Below are positions 12,991 to 27,587 of a stretch of DNA of 64,000 bases, piece after piece. The stretch is from positions 296,112,001 to 296,176,000 of the forward strand of contig OZ024743.1 of assembly GCA_964016885.1 (NCBI GenBank). The letters run 5' to 3'. Within the stretch, counting starts at the first letter, position 1. Every line of letters begins with the position of its first letter. The position numbers and the translations under genes were made by a program. The DNA comes from Eledone cirrhosa (lineage: Eukaryota). The notes under the pieces were generated by a model, which was not told where the DNA came from, did no database searches, and saw only the letters and a list, made by a program, of their open reading frames with translations.

Positions 12991-14046
12991 ACCCCTGATG
13001 CAAATGATAATCGTCATCTTCCTCAAACCCTCCCTTCTCCCAACTACTTGAAATAATATCACTACTACTCCAAACCTCTATCCCCTTTCTAGCCTGCCAG
13101 AGAACCATTATGTTGCCATTTGAGCTGCTAGGAATAACAGTTAAATGTCCATCAAATCACATTTAACAGTCCTTAAAAATTATAGGAAAGAACCGATAAT
13201 TTAGTCCTTGATGGTCACAACTTGAACATATCTTTTCTATCTTACGCGTGCTTCATCTGGACTATCCTGGGGATCAAACAACAACGATTTTTCTTCCACT
13301 TCATCGTTACCAACTTCTTATCTATCTTCAATTGCAGCAAAGAGTTACGGCCCTTTATGGTCTGAGTTCAAATACCGCCAAGGTTAACTTTGCCTTTCAT
13401 CCTTACGGGGTCGATAAAATAAAGTACCAGTAGAAATAATTATTATTATATTATCAAGTAGAAACAATTATTATTATATTATCACTCCCACCATCCCTAC
13501 CACCACTATCACAAACACCGCCATCACCATTACCATCACCACCACCACCACCACCAACACCACCATCGCCATTACCACCATCACCACCATCACCGCCATC
13601 GCAATCACCATCACCATCACCACCACCACCATCACCATCACCATCATCATCACCATCACCATCGCCACCAGCGACGGTACCACCATCTCTATCAACACTC
13701 TACAAACACTCCTACCAACTATCACAACGAGCCAGAGAATTAGCTGCTAAATATTCGTCACTGATCGGCTTGTTCAGCAATCACATGGGGCTACAAGAGA
13801 AATATAAACATATCTATAAATCATGAATCGTGTCTAAACCGAACAATAATGACATTGCTAAATACGATAGTTATGTTCAACACTATCATCTCCATTATTA
13901 AAACATACCATGTCATTTCAACCACCATTATTATATCAACACCAGATTATTACCTCAACAAATTCATCGTATCACTTCGCCTAACACTACCAGAAACCAC
14001 CACTCAATGCCACAATTTTCATCACTTCTGTAGTCAACATCTCCAT

Positions 14047-14302
14047 AATAATTGTTTATACTTTTGGCACAAGGCCAGCAATTACCCAGTACATTACTGG
14101 TACTTTATTTTATCGACCCTGTAAGGATGAAACGCAAAGTTAACCTCGGCGGGATTTGAACTCAGAATGGTGAGGACCGTAACTCTATGCGTCAACCCAT
14201 GGTGTTCGACCCTCTACCGATACTGTCAATCCACCACCATTTCCATAATAATTGTTTCTACTTTAGGCACAAGGCCAGCAATTACCCAGTGCATTACTGG
14301 TA
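14047..14302 (-). mobile_element. SINE A full copy plus an adjacent 3' tail copy
   Basis: Reverse complement of the family. Confidence 0.85.
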
Positions 14303-15976
14303 TGATCACAGAAATCCGCCCGTTTCATCACTACCACAAATCGAGAGCTGTAGAAAGCTGTCACCCGTCGATTTCAGCCAAGTAATTGATGGGTCCTTAT
14401 TTAGTGTCAGCTGATTAGCACAAATTTACTTTCATGTCCATGATACCACGACGATACACTTGACACTCTCGTTCGCCAAGCTAGAAATAGTAGCTATGTT
14501 TTCATCAGATCACACAGTAAGGAGATCATCATATTAACACCAACGAGTGTGCGTTACTTTGAAACCCGAGTTCACAGGAAAAATTACATTTCTTCAGTAA
14601 CCCTCATCACCACCACAGCATTTTTAACACAATGACACTCCCCAGTACTTCCGCAATTCTATCAAACTGTATCCGTTCCATTCCAAACCATCAACGCTAG
14701 TAAAACCTACACCATTAGAATCATTCTTCGCCACATTTCCTGTCTTTCATCACAATTAATATGTAATAAACTTTGCCACAAACCCCAGAATATCAACTCA
14801 TTGACCTTTACCAATATTTGCTTAACACCACCAAAATCCTACCCCTACCATCATTACTAGAGGAAGCTAAGTCAATAAGATTGCCATTACACGGTCACTC
14901 GAACTTCTATAAATAGCAACTGAAGGAAAAAGAAAAGAAAAGAAGCCGATCGACAGATTTGACCAAGGAACTTCTTTCCATTGGTCATCCTGTATTATCT
15001 GTCAATTGCAACTCTTGGCATAAGCGTCACATCTTTTCCGGTGATAGAAGGCAGAATTTGAACTCATAACGCTGGAAGAGACATCGCAAAGCATCACGTC
15101 TGACAATTTAACAATTCCTCCAATCCACAGTCCATTGACTGGCACTTTATCGATCCCGAAAGGATAAAAGAAAAAGTGACTCCAGCGAAGTTTGAACTCC
15201 GAGTGAAGAGATCCGTATCAAATACCGATGCATTAATACGACACTAACAACTACCAATTAGCTGCCTAGAACATTAGCGACCAGATCACGCACATCACAA
15301 TCTTCTGACTTTAAAGAAATGGAGGCTCATATTAATCTGTGGGGATTTTCCACTGTGTCTGAGGAAAAAAATAAAATGGCCACTGCTGGCATGCCTTTGA
15401 TCAGTGATTTGCTGATTCAAAGCTAACTTGTAGTTAAACAACAAAAATAACAACCCACATTCTATCAGAATGTTCGCTTCGTCTCCAACATCATTGCCAA
15501 CACAGCAACAAACCTGACCACAACGACAACAATGACCCTCAGTAATACTATCACAATATCACCACAATCTCGACTTCTCCATCACCAAACATCAATACCA
15601 GGAGCCTACAATGTGATCACTTGTTCTGCTAGAAATAGCAGTCAAATACTGTTCTAGCTGCACTTCGTCTTAAAAACGTAGGTCACAGGATAAAATTGTT
15701 CCGGTTACAATGTCTGAAAACAATATTTGACGGTCATGTTTGGAATGGTTCAGAGCTGAGCTGGTGCTAAATGATGACATGACTAGAACAACCACCACCT
15801 TTCCCACCACAATTACCCACTTCCAAACTATATACATTCAACACTATCAGCCAGCTCAGCCATTCCTATACACAGCAACTCCACCATCATAATCATTCAC
15901 TCCTAAATCCCATTCAACCCAACCAGCCAACTCAACCACAATCACTACAACCTTTATTATGTTATTACCTCAACGT

Positions 15977-16150
15977 AGGGTGGTGGGTTGGCAGTATCAG
16001 ACACCATGCTTTAGAGTTATGGCCCTTTAAGTTTTGAGTTCAAATCCCGCCGAGGTTAACTTTGCCTTTCATCCTTACCGGGTCGATAAAATAAAACACC
16101 AGTAATGTACTGGGGTAATAGCAGGCCTTGTCCCTAAAGTAGAAACAGTT
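15977..16150 (+). mobile_element. SINE A with ~15-bp TSD
   Basis: Flanked by ttattacctcaacgt and ttattacctcagcgt. Confidence 0.85.
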
Positions 16151-16599
16151 ATTACCTCAGCGTTGTATTGACACAACTAAAACAACTATCAGCACCAGCA
16201 TCATCACCCCCCACAACTACATCAGCCATCAGCTATTTATTTCATCATAACAGACACGACTGTCACAAGCATCACCACAATCCACATTTCAAACTCAATG
16301 TCGCTAACTTCAGCAGTCAGATGACACATTATTTACTACTGCTGTTTCGAATTGTCTTCATTACTGTTAGAAATTATTTATAAAGTCGTTTGATTTACAT
16401 TCGCCACCATTGTCAGAGAAGTTAAGAAATGGCGAGAAGACTCGCTGTAAATTACACATAAAACATTGCAACAATGCTTATTTACATGTTCTGCAGTAGT
16501 TTTCAGGAAATCTTGCTCTCACTCTCCCTCTCCTCAGCTCTATCTTTTTCACCCACTTTGCCTATATATAAGCGCGGATATATATAACACTCATAGATG

Positions 16600-16602
16600 C
16601 AT

Positions 16603-16675
<73 letters not shown>

Positions 16676-16718
16676 GTATATATATATGTATGTATGATAT
16701 ATATATATATATGTATGT

Positions 16719-16768
<50 letters not shown>

Positions 16769-16776
16769 GTATATAA

Positions 16777-16835
<59 letters not shown>

Positions 16836-17045
16836 AATATATATATATATATACATGCATTCATGCATAGATGCATACACATATACATACATACATGCAT
16901 ACATGCATGCATACACACACATACATACATACATACACACATACATACATACACACACACCCACACACCCACACACACACACACACACACACAAATATAT
17001 ATATGTGTGTGTGTGTGTGCGTGTGTGTGTCTGTGTGTGTGTATT
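16600..17045. repeat. (TA)n/(CA)n/(TG)n microsatellite cluster
   Basis: Direct inspection; similar clusters at 31460-31760, 32350-32690, 39935-40315 and 53590-54800. Confidence 0.95.
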
Positions 17046-19023
17046 TGTTGGTGAGTTTATGTATGTATTTATGTATATCTACCAACGTCTGTATTGAATG
17101 TGCATGCATGTATATACAAAATAATTGTATGCCTTATTCTATTATTTTCCTTTCAGTACCGTTTGTGCGTGATACATGTTTCTCTATGTTGTAGTATGCT
17201 TTTATCCTTGTTTTTGTCTTTGTTCTTTCAATATCTATTTTCTCTCATTCTTCCATCCTCTTTATACTATGTGCAATTTGCATACCATAAAAAGAACATA
17301 ACTATTGTTATTTTCCTTATTGTTCATATTGTTGTTGTGATTAATATTTTTTTTGTTGTTGTTGCTGTTGTTATTATTGTTGTTGTTGTTGTTGTCATCG
17401 TCGTTGTTATTGTTATTGAAATTGTGGCTTTTGTTGGTGTTATTTCTATTGTTGTTGCTACGTTTGTTTTGTTTATCTTTTTGTGGGTTTTTTTTGTTGT
17501 TGTTTTTTCATTTCGCTGTGAATGGTCGTGTTTCATAAATCTCTCTATAAAAGATATTTTCGTCCACGTTAACCCGATGAAAATCTTTTTTATTATTATT
17601 ATTTTGTTACTTCGTGTGGCCTTCAAAGTGTTTCGGAATATTTTAGACATTTTAATATTTAGACAAAGTACAATTCCATATACTTTTACTCGTTGCAACA
17701 TGGTCACTTCAGATCTAGAAAGAGAGGCTCTCTAATGTGGTGACAGAACATCAAATACAGAAAACAAAAAATAACAGTGGAGAAACCATTAACATGAGTG
17801 AAAAGATAAATCCGTATGAACTGTAGATACAATACCACCAACAACAACAGCATTCCATCATTTGCATTTGTTGTGAGAAAAGTGGAGGGATTTGATTTGA
17901 GCCAGCTCAAGAAAAATGAGGAGTGAATGAAACTTCTCGGTTCTGGAAGTCTAGGTTCTAAAAACTCATCAGGACGGAGTTTATCCTGGTTTTATGACGT
18001 TAAGCGACTAAAAATACAAAATTCTCTCTTCTGACGCCGAATTTATTGCAAAGTTAAGCCCATACTTTCTGATGATACTCCTTGTCTCAACTGAGTGGAC
18101 TTGAGCAATAGGAAATGAAATGCCCTGGCTCAATGGCACAATACTTTGCAGGGTTTAGAATCGAGTCGATGACATTACAATTGTAAGACAAATGCTGTAA
18201 CAATTTAGTCACGAACCTTCACGTCTTACTTGACGAATTTACCAGAGAAAAAGCAATGTGGACAGTAACACACCACGGGTCTTCCCTCAAAAAAATTCAA
18301 GTGGTCATCAGCGTGTCTTCGATAGTCGTTTTATGTTGGATTAGGAAGACCATTATGGAATTACGGAGGTGGCAAAAAAGTGAACCCAGCAAGTGTATCG
18401 AAGTTTGTTTAAGTCAGTAGTTGACGTTACCACCTCCAAGATGTGTGGCCGCATAGTAACTCGGCTTTGGTTTAAAATTTCGGATCATATAGTTGATCAG
18501 GAGGTGATCAGAGAGAAGAATGGTCATATACGTTGTCTGCCCTAACCCCGTCGCTTTCACCCATGTGTAGGTGGGTTATCCTTATTTGTATCTATTTGGG
18601 TGTACCCATTTTTATTGTTATATTTTAAACGACTTTAAGCCGTTATAGTATATTGTATTACTTTTTCCATCTAGCTCCGTTTATTATGTGTGAGAGGGGC
18701 GTATAGGTGTGCGCGTGTTCTCACGTGTGCCTGTGTGTGTGAGCCTATCACCGCAGCTTTTATAATCTCATTCGAACACGTTTTTTATTGTAATATTGGT
18801 CCTTGTGGCCAATATAATGGCACTACTGCTACTATGACTATTACCGCTACTACTATTACTACATCTATTACTACTAGAACTATTAATACTAGTAATAGTA
18901 TTAATGATACTACTACGGCTGCTGTAGCTGTTTTGGTGCTGTTGTTGTTGCTGCAGCTGCTACTGCTACTACTAATAATAATACTACTTCCACTACTACA
19001 ACAACGACAAATAATACTACAAT

Positions 19024-19055
<32 letters not shown>

Positions 19056-20059
19056 GAAAGAGCCAACCGAAATAATGAGAGATTTTATTACAATGTTAGA
19101 GAAGAAAGCAATCCTCAAATGAAAGAAATCAAGAAAATCAAACAGAACTTAAAACATAATGAAAAAATGGAAAATAAACCTAAATATGTAAAATAAAGCC
19201 ATCAGTTTGGTAAGGAGTTGTTTCAACAGCTGAAGAACGTGGTTAGTTCTTATGTACCATTATTGTATTATAGATTACTAACTAGCATTTTGTATGGCAA
19301 TTTTTCATTATTTTATTTTAGATTTATTTTATTTTGTATTATTTATTTAGTTTTTTTGCACAGGGGGTAGTCAATTCTAACTTTGAAGGAAATAAAATTG
19401 AGTTGCGAGGAACAGGGAAGCTAACAATGTATTCGTTATATCTCCAATAATATTTCAGACGGAATAGCATGTGTTTGAATTGTAAAATAGAGTGTTTGTA
19501 TATGTTGAGTTGTGTATGTGCGGTGTAGGAGTGTAATTGGACGCGTGTGCGTGCATATGTGTATATTTAGTTCTCTGTGTGTGGTGCATGTGTGTAATTT
19601 GTGCGTGGGGCGTGTTGTGCCACAGGTGCATATGTACTTGTACAATGATTTTGGTAAAAGAATTAGGAAAGAATCTGTGTTTACATAACAACTGTTACAT
19701 CTTACCTTTAATGTTAACATTCAAAGAATGTAAGTGGTATTATTTCTTAATGTGTGGTAGTATGTAATTTTGTAAGTTTGTGTGTATGTTTGTATGTATG
19801 TCTTTATTTATTTGTGTATTTTATCTGTATGTTTGTTTGCATGTGTGTGTGTGTTTGTTTGTTTGTGTGGATAATTGTATGTGTATGTGTCTTTGTGTGG
19901 GTAGTTGTGTGTTTATATCTATGTACGTTTGTGGCTGTGAATGTACGTGTGTGTGTGCTTTTCCCTTTTCAGTGGTGCCTAACAGATCAAAATATGAAAC
20001 CTGTTTCAAAATAACAAGAGGAAATAATATTGCCCCTTATTAATCTTACCTCAACGAAT

Positions 20060-20362
20060 AAAATGAAATGGTTGCATCAGTGAATTCAGAAATTCTGTGC
20101 GAGTGTGTTGTGTTGGAATTAACATGCTAATGACTTTACTGGGCGTTTCATAAACACGTGTACCTTTAACACAATTTTCGTGGAGATACAACGGGGTACT
20201 CTCTATGACAAAGCTAGTCCTTTGAAGTACACGTTCAACTCCTCTTGTCAGCTGTATCGAATAGAACAGCGTGAAATAAAGTGTGTTGCAACACGGACAC
20301 AAGGTGTCGCAAGGAATCAAACTCACGACCTTGCGATCGCGAATTGAACACGCGCTTTCACA
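20060..20362 (-). mobile_element. tRNA-derived SINE, family B (diverged)
   Basis: gcgtgaaataaagtgtgttg...ggaatcaaactcacgaccttgcgatcg; homologous to 26266-26582. Confidence 0.7.
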
Positions 20363-20436
20363 ATCCATTATTTTTAGTTCCCTACATTACAGTATGTTAG
20401 TCACCACTTATATAATCACATGTATTTGTACCTAGA

Positions 20437-20655
20437 AGAGCGGTTGGTTGGTAGTGTCGTTAGATCGTCGGACAACATGCTTTGCGGCATGTAGTTACGG
20501 CCATTTACGTTCTCAGTCCAAATCCCATCGAGGTTAGCTTTGCCTTTCATCCTTACGGGGTCGATAGAATAAGGTACCAGTAACGCACAGAGGTCGATTT
20601 AATCGACTTCCCCCTCCCCGACAATTGTTGGCCTTGTGCCTAAATCAGAAACCAT
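20437..20655 (+). mobile_element. SINE A with 14-bp TSD
   Basis: tatttgtacctaga flanks both sides. Confidence 0.85.
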
Positions 20656-20852
20656 TATTTGTACCTAGAGTCGTGAAGCTCGCAACACAGTGATAAGTTC
20701 CAATTTCGGGCCCACCGCGGAGCATCTTGGGCAAGTGTCCTTTCCCTAAATTTCGTGTCGACCCAAGCCTTGTGTGTGAAATTGTGTAAGCAGTAACTGT
20801 TTGGAAGTCCATAAAATTATCTGTATCTGTAATGCAAAAGAGACATACTTCT

Positions 20853-21590
20853 CACACTCAATGTCATACTGAATCTCCCTGAGAATTACATTAATGGTAC
20901 ACGTGTCTGTAGAATTCTCACACTCAATTTCATAGTGAATCTCCCTGAAAATTACAGTAATGGTACACGTGTCTGTAGAATTCTCACACTCAATGTCATA
21001 CTGAATGAATCTCCCTGAAAATTACATTAATGGTACACGTGTCTGTAGAAGTCTCACACACTATGTCATACTGAATCTCCCTGAGAATTACATTAATGGT
21101 ACACATGTCTGTAGAATTCTCACACTTAATGTCATACTGAATCTCCCTGAGAATTACATTAATGGTACACGTGTCAGTAGAATTCCCACACTCAATGTCA
21201 TGCTGAATCTCCCTGAAAATTACATTAATGGTACACGTGTCTGTAGAATTCTCACACTCAATGTCATACTGAATGAATCTCCCTGAGAATTACATTAATG
21301 GTACACTTGTCAGTAGAATTCTCACACTCAATGTCATGCTGAATCTCCCTGAAAATTACATTAATGGTACACGTGTCTGTAGAATTCTCACACTCAATTT
21401 CATAGTGAATCTCCCTGAAAATTATATTAATGGTACACGTGTCTGTAGAATTCTCATACTCAATGTCATACTGAATGAATCTCCCTGAGAATTACATTAA
21501 TGGTACACCTGTCTGTAGAATTCTCACATAGTATGCCACATTGAATCTCCCTGAGAATTACATTAATTGTACATGTGTCTGTAGAATACT
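20853..21590 (+). repeat. 66/70-bp minisatellite, ~11 units, amplified from a SINE B-related internal segment
   Basis: Unit cacactcaatgtcatactgaatctccctgagaattacattaatggtacacgtgtctgtagaattct aligns with the reverse complement of 26340-26410. Confidence 0.85.
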
Positions 21591-21956
21591 CTGCCACTTT
21601 CCCGTTAATTTCATGAGCAGTCTGTTGTTTTGCTTGAACAACTGGTATCAACAGTATCATCATCAGTATCAACGGAGTTGTAATCTCTTTCATTCCATTC
21701 CAGTCCATTCCATGTAGTGTTATGTATGTGTACATCATGCCACAGTGAAAATGAGTTTCATTTTTTCAAATATACACCACAAAACATACCCGAAAATTAA
21801 ACATTAAACTAATTTATTTTCTTCCCCAGATTTAACAACTTTGGTCATCTCAACAGTATTAGTTTTAATGGCTGTCTGTTTTCATGTTAAAATATAAAAT
21901 TATTCTTTACATGCGTGGAGAGAAGTCAGTTGATTTTGTAGATAGGTAATTAAAAG

Positions 21957-22110
21957 ATGAAGGCGTGTGAGCTAGTGTTTAGGGTGTTGAACTTACAATC
22001 GTAATGTCGTGGGTTCTATTCTTGGTCCTGGTGGTGCGTTATGTCCTTGAACAAAATACTTCATTTCCTGTAGCCCCAATCCACTCAGCTGAAATGAGTA
22101 CCAGCTGTAG
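21957..22110 (+). mobile_element. SINE B-type tRNA head
   Basis: tgaaggcgtgtgagctagtgtttagggtg...gggttctattc...gtccttgaacaaaatacttcatttc. Confidence 0.65.
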
Positions 22111-22384
22111 GTGTGAGCTAACACTCCGATGTACAGGCGTCCTCTCTAGTGTTGGGAGGAGTATTTTAATCTCAGCCGCTTAACCCAATTGAAATCGGGT
22201 GGGCATCGACCTGGTGAGCCTCGGGGTTTGGGAACAAGGTTTAACTACTTAATGGCTAGGCGGGGCTTACTTAGGTTTGATTTGAAGTCATGACCCAGAA
22301 AAACACTAAATACTGAGGTCCACATACCCTAGAGCTTTATTGTGCTATATATCTCTAACAACGCCATTATATGTCATTACAGAG

Positions 22385-22602
22385 AGTGGTAGATTGGCAG
22401 TATCAGTAGAGCGTCGGACAGCTTGCTTCGAATCACAGAGTTGCGCCCCTTTACCTTCTGATTTCAAATCCAAACGAGGTTAGCTTTTTCTTTTATCCTT
22501 ATGGGGTTGATAAAATAAAATACCAGTAACCAGCTGGGATCTAAATAATCGACTTTCCCCCTTACCCCAATATTGTTGGCCTTGTGCCTAAATCAGAAAC
22601 CA
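22385..22602 (+). mobile_element. SINE A (diverged)
   Basis: Family head, core and tail. Confidence 0.8.
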
Positions 22603-23667
22603 TTCTATATCATTACTATTTAATTTCATGTCAGGTATGACATGAGATACCTTTCAAGACATATTGATCTCGTCTTTTATTCACCGAATTATTATTTATT
22701 ATAGAAGGTAAAACGTGATCAGGGAGAGATGAGGTCATTATGTCTGGTAGGTCAGGTAACAATTTAGGATTTCCTTCGTTATTTATTTATTGGAAATGTG
22801 GTAGGAATGTAAATATATTGATGACAATCAGAATGTTGATATTATTGCAGTTTTATTGGTATTTGCTACGGTTTTGTGTTGCTATTGATATTGAGTGCAG
22901 TGTAGAATTGTGATAGGATCATTAAACAGTTATATGCAGGTGGAGTAGTAAATAAGTCGGTTGAAAGGTAAATAAAGCTTGAGAAATCGATGGTGTGAAG
23001 AGAATGAGAGAGAGATGACAAGTTAACAATGACATTGAAGTTCTGTTAACTGGTGATTGGTGGTGCGTTGTTGGGGACGATAGATCGTTTATCAACATCG
23101 AGCTGCTCTGGGTGTAAAAATAGGCTCTGAATCAGCAATCAGTAGATACTATTTGTTGAATATGGATATAGTGAAGCTGAGACAAAATTAAGTTGTCTCC
23201 ATCGCAATTTTCTCAACATAAAAACATGGAACAAAAATCAAGTATTATAAAAGAAATGAAAAAGCTGATTTTCTAGATCGGACGAAGGAAACAATGCTTT
23301 CATTGGACTTTCCATTGCTGACACTATATAGCTGTTGCAATCCTTGACAAAAGCTACATCGATTTCTCTGGTGAAGAGAGATGGAATTGGAATTCAGAAC
23401 ATAAGAGCCAGAACAAATATCACATAATCAACGCTTTAGCAATTGTTCAGAGGTCCTCCAAATTGGCGGATTGCGGGGAAAGTCAGATCGAATATCTTGC
23501 GATATTTTTTCCAGTCCTCTGCGATCTGATCTGAGTTCAAAGTGCGAACTGGTCACCTTCACTTCTACGGGATCAATAAATATAACACACGTCTCAGTGG
23601 ATTGTAAGAGTTGGAATTGTTAGAGCAATATCTCTTCTGATTTTGTGTATTTCGTGTCAGACGAAAC

Positions 23668-23780
23668 ATAATTGTTTCTATTTTTGGCACAAGGAAGGCC
23701 AGCAATTACCCAGTACATTACTGGTACTTTATTTTATCGACCGCGTAAGGATGAAAGGCAAAGTTAATCTCGGCGGGATG
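23668..23780 (-). mobile_element. 5'-truncated SINE A
   Basis: Reverse complement of core and tail. Confidence 0.8.
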
Positions 23781-26265
23781 AGATTAAAATACCCAAGAAA
23801 CCTTCCACAATATGCAAACTTATTGGAAGCCGGTCTGAATCATAACGGTTGAAATGCTATAAAACAATGAACAAATATATCATATTTAATCATATAAAAT
23901 ATGTTCTTGAGTACAAGGCCAATTATTGAAAAGGATGAGTAAAATATATATTACTGGCATTGAAGCTTATCACCATCACCAACGTTTTATGTAATCGACG
24001 ATTAAAGAATGAAAGACAAAGCCAAACGTTTTGTAATTTGTATTCAGCACAAGAAAAGATAAATCTAAGCATTGTAATGTATATAGTCAGTTACTTTGCT
24101 AAATCAGTTATTTACATTTGAAATATATAATCAGATATGATTAATGTGTCCATACAGACATAATATATCTTAATACTACTAAAGTTGCACCTTTATGTCG
24201 TTACTAAAGAGAGAAGAAAGAAGAAAATACGTTTCTCATTGTATTTGTTGACACATAAGAGACTTTAGTTGGCGAATTCAAATTAGCTGTTTGTAATGAC
24301 ATATCGGACCTCATTGTGGGTTCACTTTTGACATACATTGGATGGTGTCATTGAACGTCAATTGTCCTTTACCAGTGTGGTACAGGTAAATAATCCGTTG
24401 CCCCGTTTAATTTAACCACTTGGCCTCTGGGTGCCTACAGCGAAATATATTGTTTCAGGTATTTAGACCACGTTTAAGAAATTCTTCGTAACTCTGCTTT
24501 CATCAGTTTCGGAAGCCTCAATATTCTGGTATAACTTGTATTGCTGTTACCACTCCATCTGTGACTAATCATTAAAAATAACACAGTAAGCTAGAGCTCT
24601 ATGCATTCAGCCAGTTGATCGAATTGTTATTCGGAAGATTTTTTTTTTTTTTTTCGTTTACTGTTTAGTCATAGAGACTGTGGTGACTAGAACTCTTTTC
24701 GTGGCCTGGAAGACTGTTGTGATGAGGGTTGCATGCAATCAGATTTCACTAAAACTCATCCAAGTGTCAGTTGGTGGTGTTAAACTGAACTACTGACAAA
24801 GTCTACCACGCAATAGCACAGTGATGATGTTCTTCGTCTATATTGTATTTTACAACATGACTTTGTTGATTCGATATTTCCCATTTTTCTCGTATATGAC
24901 AATGAGCTGAGTTAAATTCAACAGAGCAATCATACGAAACACTCATGAAGTATACACTGTTCAACCATTTATAATCCTAATCTCTAACAATTGCTGATTA
25001 TACCAGAATATTGAGAGTTGTGTCATTAAGGACATACCACCACATATGCAATAGGATAACAATCTATTGAACTTGCCATCGACCGATATGTACATTATCA
25101 AATCGTTAAGCTGCAACCAACATAGATAATTATACAATATTATAATAATAAAAAAACACGTTTCTGTCTCACAGAGAAACATGCAAGCAGGCGAAAAACA
25201 ACGAGTTATGTAATAAACATATTCCCTGGTAAGAATATGCTTAATCTTAGTTATATGTTCTCGTGTCATTTAAGGCGGATCTATATAACGTTTAGAGAAT
25301 TACTGAGAAAGCGACGTAGAAAATATTCCCATAACTCACTTACACAAGCAAGAATAATATCACATGAGGGTTGTGGTTTGTGTTATATGAGAATTTATCG
25401 TAAATAACAGAGATAGTTTTGCAGAGTTCACATCATGTTTCTTTATTATTGAGTTTGCAGAGATGAAGCAGTGTCTTAATATTACACAAGCTAGCCAACT
25501 TTTCATTCAATTTTAGTCAAAACAGTTGCTGTTTCTTTCGACATTATGTAAGAATTGACAGAAGACACAGTATGGTAGAAGAGTGAAATATCACAGTTAT
25601 GATGTCATCGTTATGGTTGTTGTTGTGGTGGTTGTGGTTGTTGTTGGTGTGGTGGTTATGATGGGTGTAAGGGTGGATGAGTGGGGGATTTGGTGATGAT
25701 GTTGGTGACGGTGATGGTGGTGGTGATGCTTGCTAGTAATGGTGCTGCTGGTGGTGGATGTGACAATTGTTGTAGCTGTGATTGCTATTATAGTTATTGT
25801 TGTTGTTGTTCTTTAACCATAGATCAACCCTGATCTAGGAGTCATACGATCAAAGTTATTCTGGCGATCCCACCTGGGGTTATATAGAACTGCATTATCC
25901 AATATTTATTTTCCTTCTGTAAGATAACAGAATATAATTTGAAGTAGATTTCGATGTTATTTCCAGTAACTTGAGACAAAAACGTTTAATTCGAGGTAGA
26001 TTTCGCGGATATTTGTAGTAAATTGAGAGAGTGAGGTGTAATTCTATGTAGTTTTCGTAATAGATTGAGAGAGCTGGGCATGATTTTATGTAGATTTGGC
26101 TGCTAATACTAGTAGCTTGAGTGAATAATTTGAGTCTTCCTTCGTTGGTTTCAAAAGATGTTATGCAGCCACACACATTCCAATAAACAGTTTTGACATA
26201 AAACCCCCTTGCATTTAAATTTGAGCGGGCCTCTATAATAGCCTTATAATACATAGCATTAATAA

Positions 26266-26582
26266 CTCTGGTACTCCGACGAGAAGTGGTCCAATTAATC
26301 CGGTCAACGGAACAGCCTGCTCGGGAAATTATGGTGCAAGTGGCTGAGCACTCCACAAACATGCGTATCCTTAACGTAGTTTTCGGGGAGATTCAGCGTG
26401 ACACAGAATGTGACAAGGCTGGTTCTTCGAATTACAGACACACCTCATATTTGCCAGCTGAGTGGACTGGAGCAACGTGAAGTAAAGTGTCTTGCTCATG
26501 GACACAACCTGCCGCTGGAAATCGAACTCATGACCTTACGATCTTGAGCCAAATACCCTTACCACAAAGCCACACGCCTTCA
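26266..26582 (-). mobile_element. Full-length SINE B with 14-bp TSD
   Basis: tRNA-like head (gaaggcgtgtggctttgtggtaaggg...gagttcgatttc); flanks catagcattaataa and cataacattaataa. Confidence 0.8.
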
Positions 26583-27587
26583 CATAACATTAATAAAGTA
26601 GCATAAATTTCAATACACTCACTATTTTGTTATTGCGGGTTATTATTTGTTTTAATAAGATAACGTAACATAGTAATCTTCTTTTCATTAAAATGAAGCT
26701 GCTAGTATGTAGCAAGGCGTGAAGCTTACAGTTGTGTCATGTTGTAAATAGGAGCGTGTCTGTGACTCCGTCACCGGCGTGAATTTCCTCTGGATCTGAA
26801 GCATATGTACTTCTTGTTATGAGATGGTTAATTGGTCTTCTTATCGTATGGCCAAGCCAATTTATTGTATTCTAATAATGTATAATAACGTAATAAATCA
26901 ATCCATAGCTTATAGTGACCCAAGGTGCATGAAAAGTTCTAACCCTCAACTTTCCTCGTCTTCAGCCAACACCAAGCGTTTTCACCATCTCACTATCCAT
27001 TATTTTTTTTTCTTGTAGGTCTAGAATAAAAAGCATGGTCCATGGCTATCAGAAGCACTTCCAGACATCAGAGACTAATACCTTTGTTATCCTACTTAAA
27101 TTGTTGCACGTAGACTCCGGTAGGAAAGACACGAGCAAGAAGTAGTTCATTTGTGTTATTTAACGTAATAATATAAAATAATACATATTAAAGTTGGCTA
27201 GCTTGTGTTATATTAAAATATTTTACAACTATCCTGAGCCAGTTACTACATTTATGGGCTTACATTTTACATCTGACCGAGGCATATCACCGACTTTGGT
27301 CGGATTCATACATACGACTGAAATCAATTAATGGTGTACTTCGCCGGTACAATGTAGGCTTGCTGACTAAAAACTTAAATAATCATAACATGCATATTAT
27401 CAGCGATATAAAGCAGTTGAATGGTTTCAAAATATGTTACGCTCTTTAAAGAGGAAACATATACATAATTGTAGATTTATATTGAAGTAATATATAAATC
27501 AAAGTAAATTACTTCGATATTCGATTCTGTAATATACATAGATACATACATACATACATACATAGGTAATAAAATGGAGTTGAAATA

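Noticed and set aside
16466-17194. YI/CV/HT-repeat ORFs here and at the other dinucleotide tracts
   Set aside because: Translations of (TA)n, (TG)n and (CA)n microsatellites.
20853-21590. CRISPR-like or repeat-protein ORFs (NLPENYINGTRV)n
   Set aside because: No spacers; 4-bp indels shift frames; derived from a SINE.
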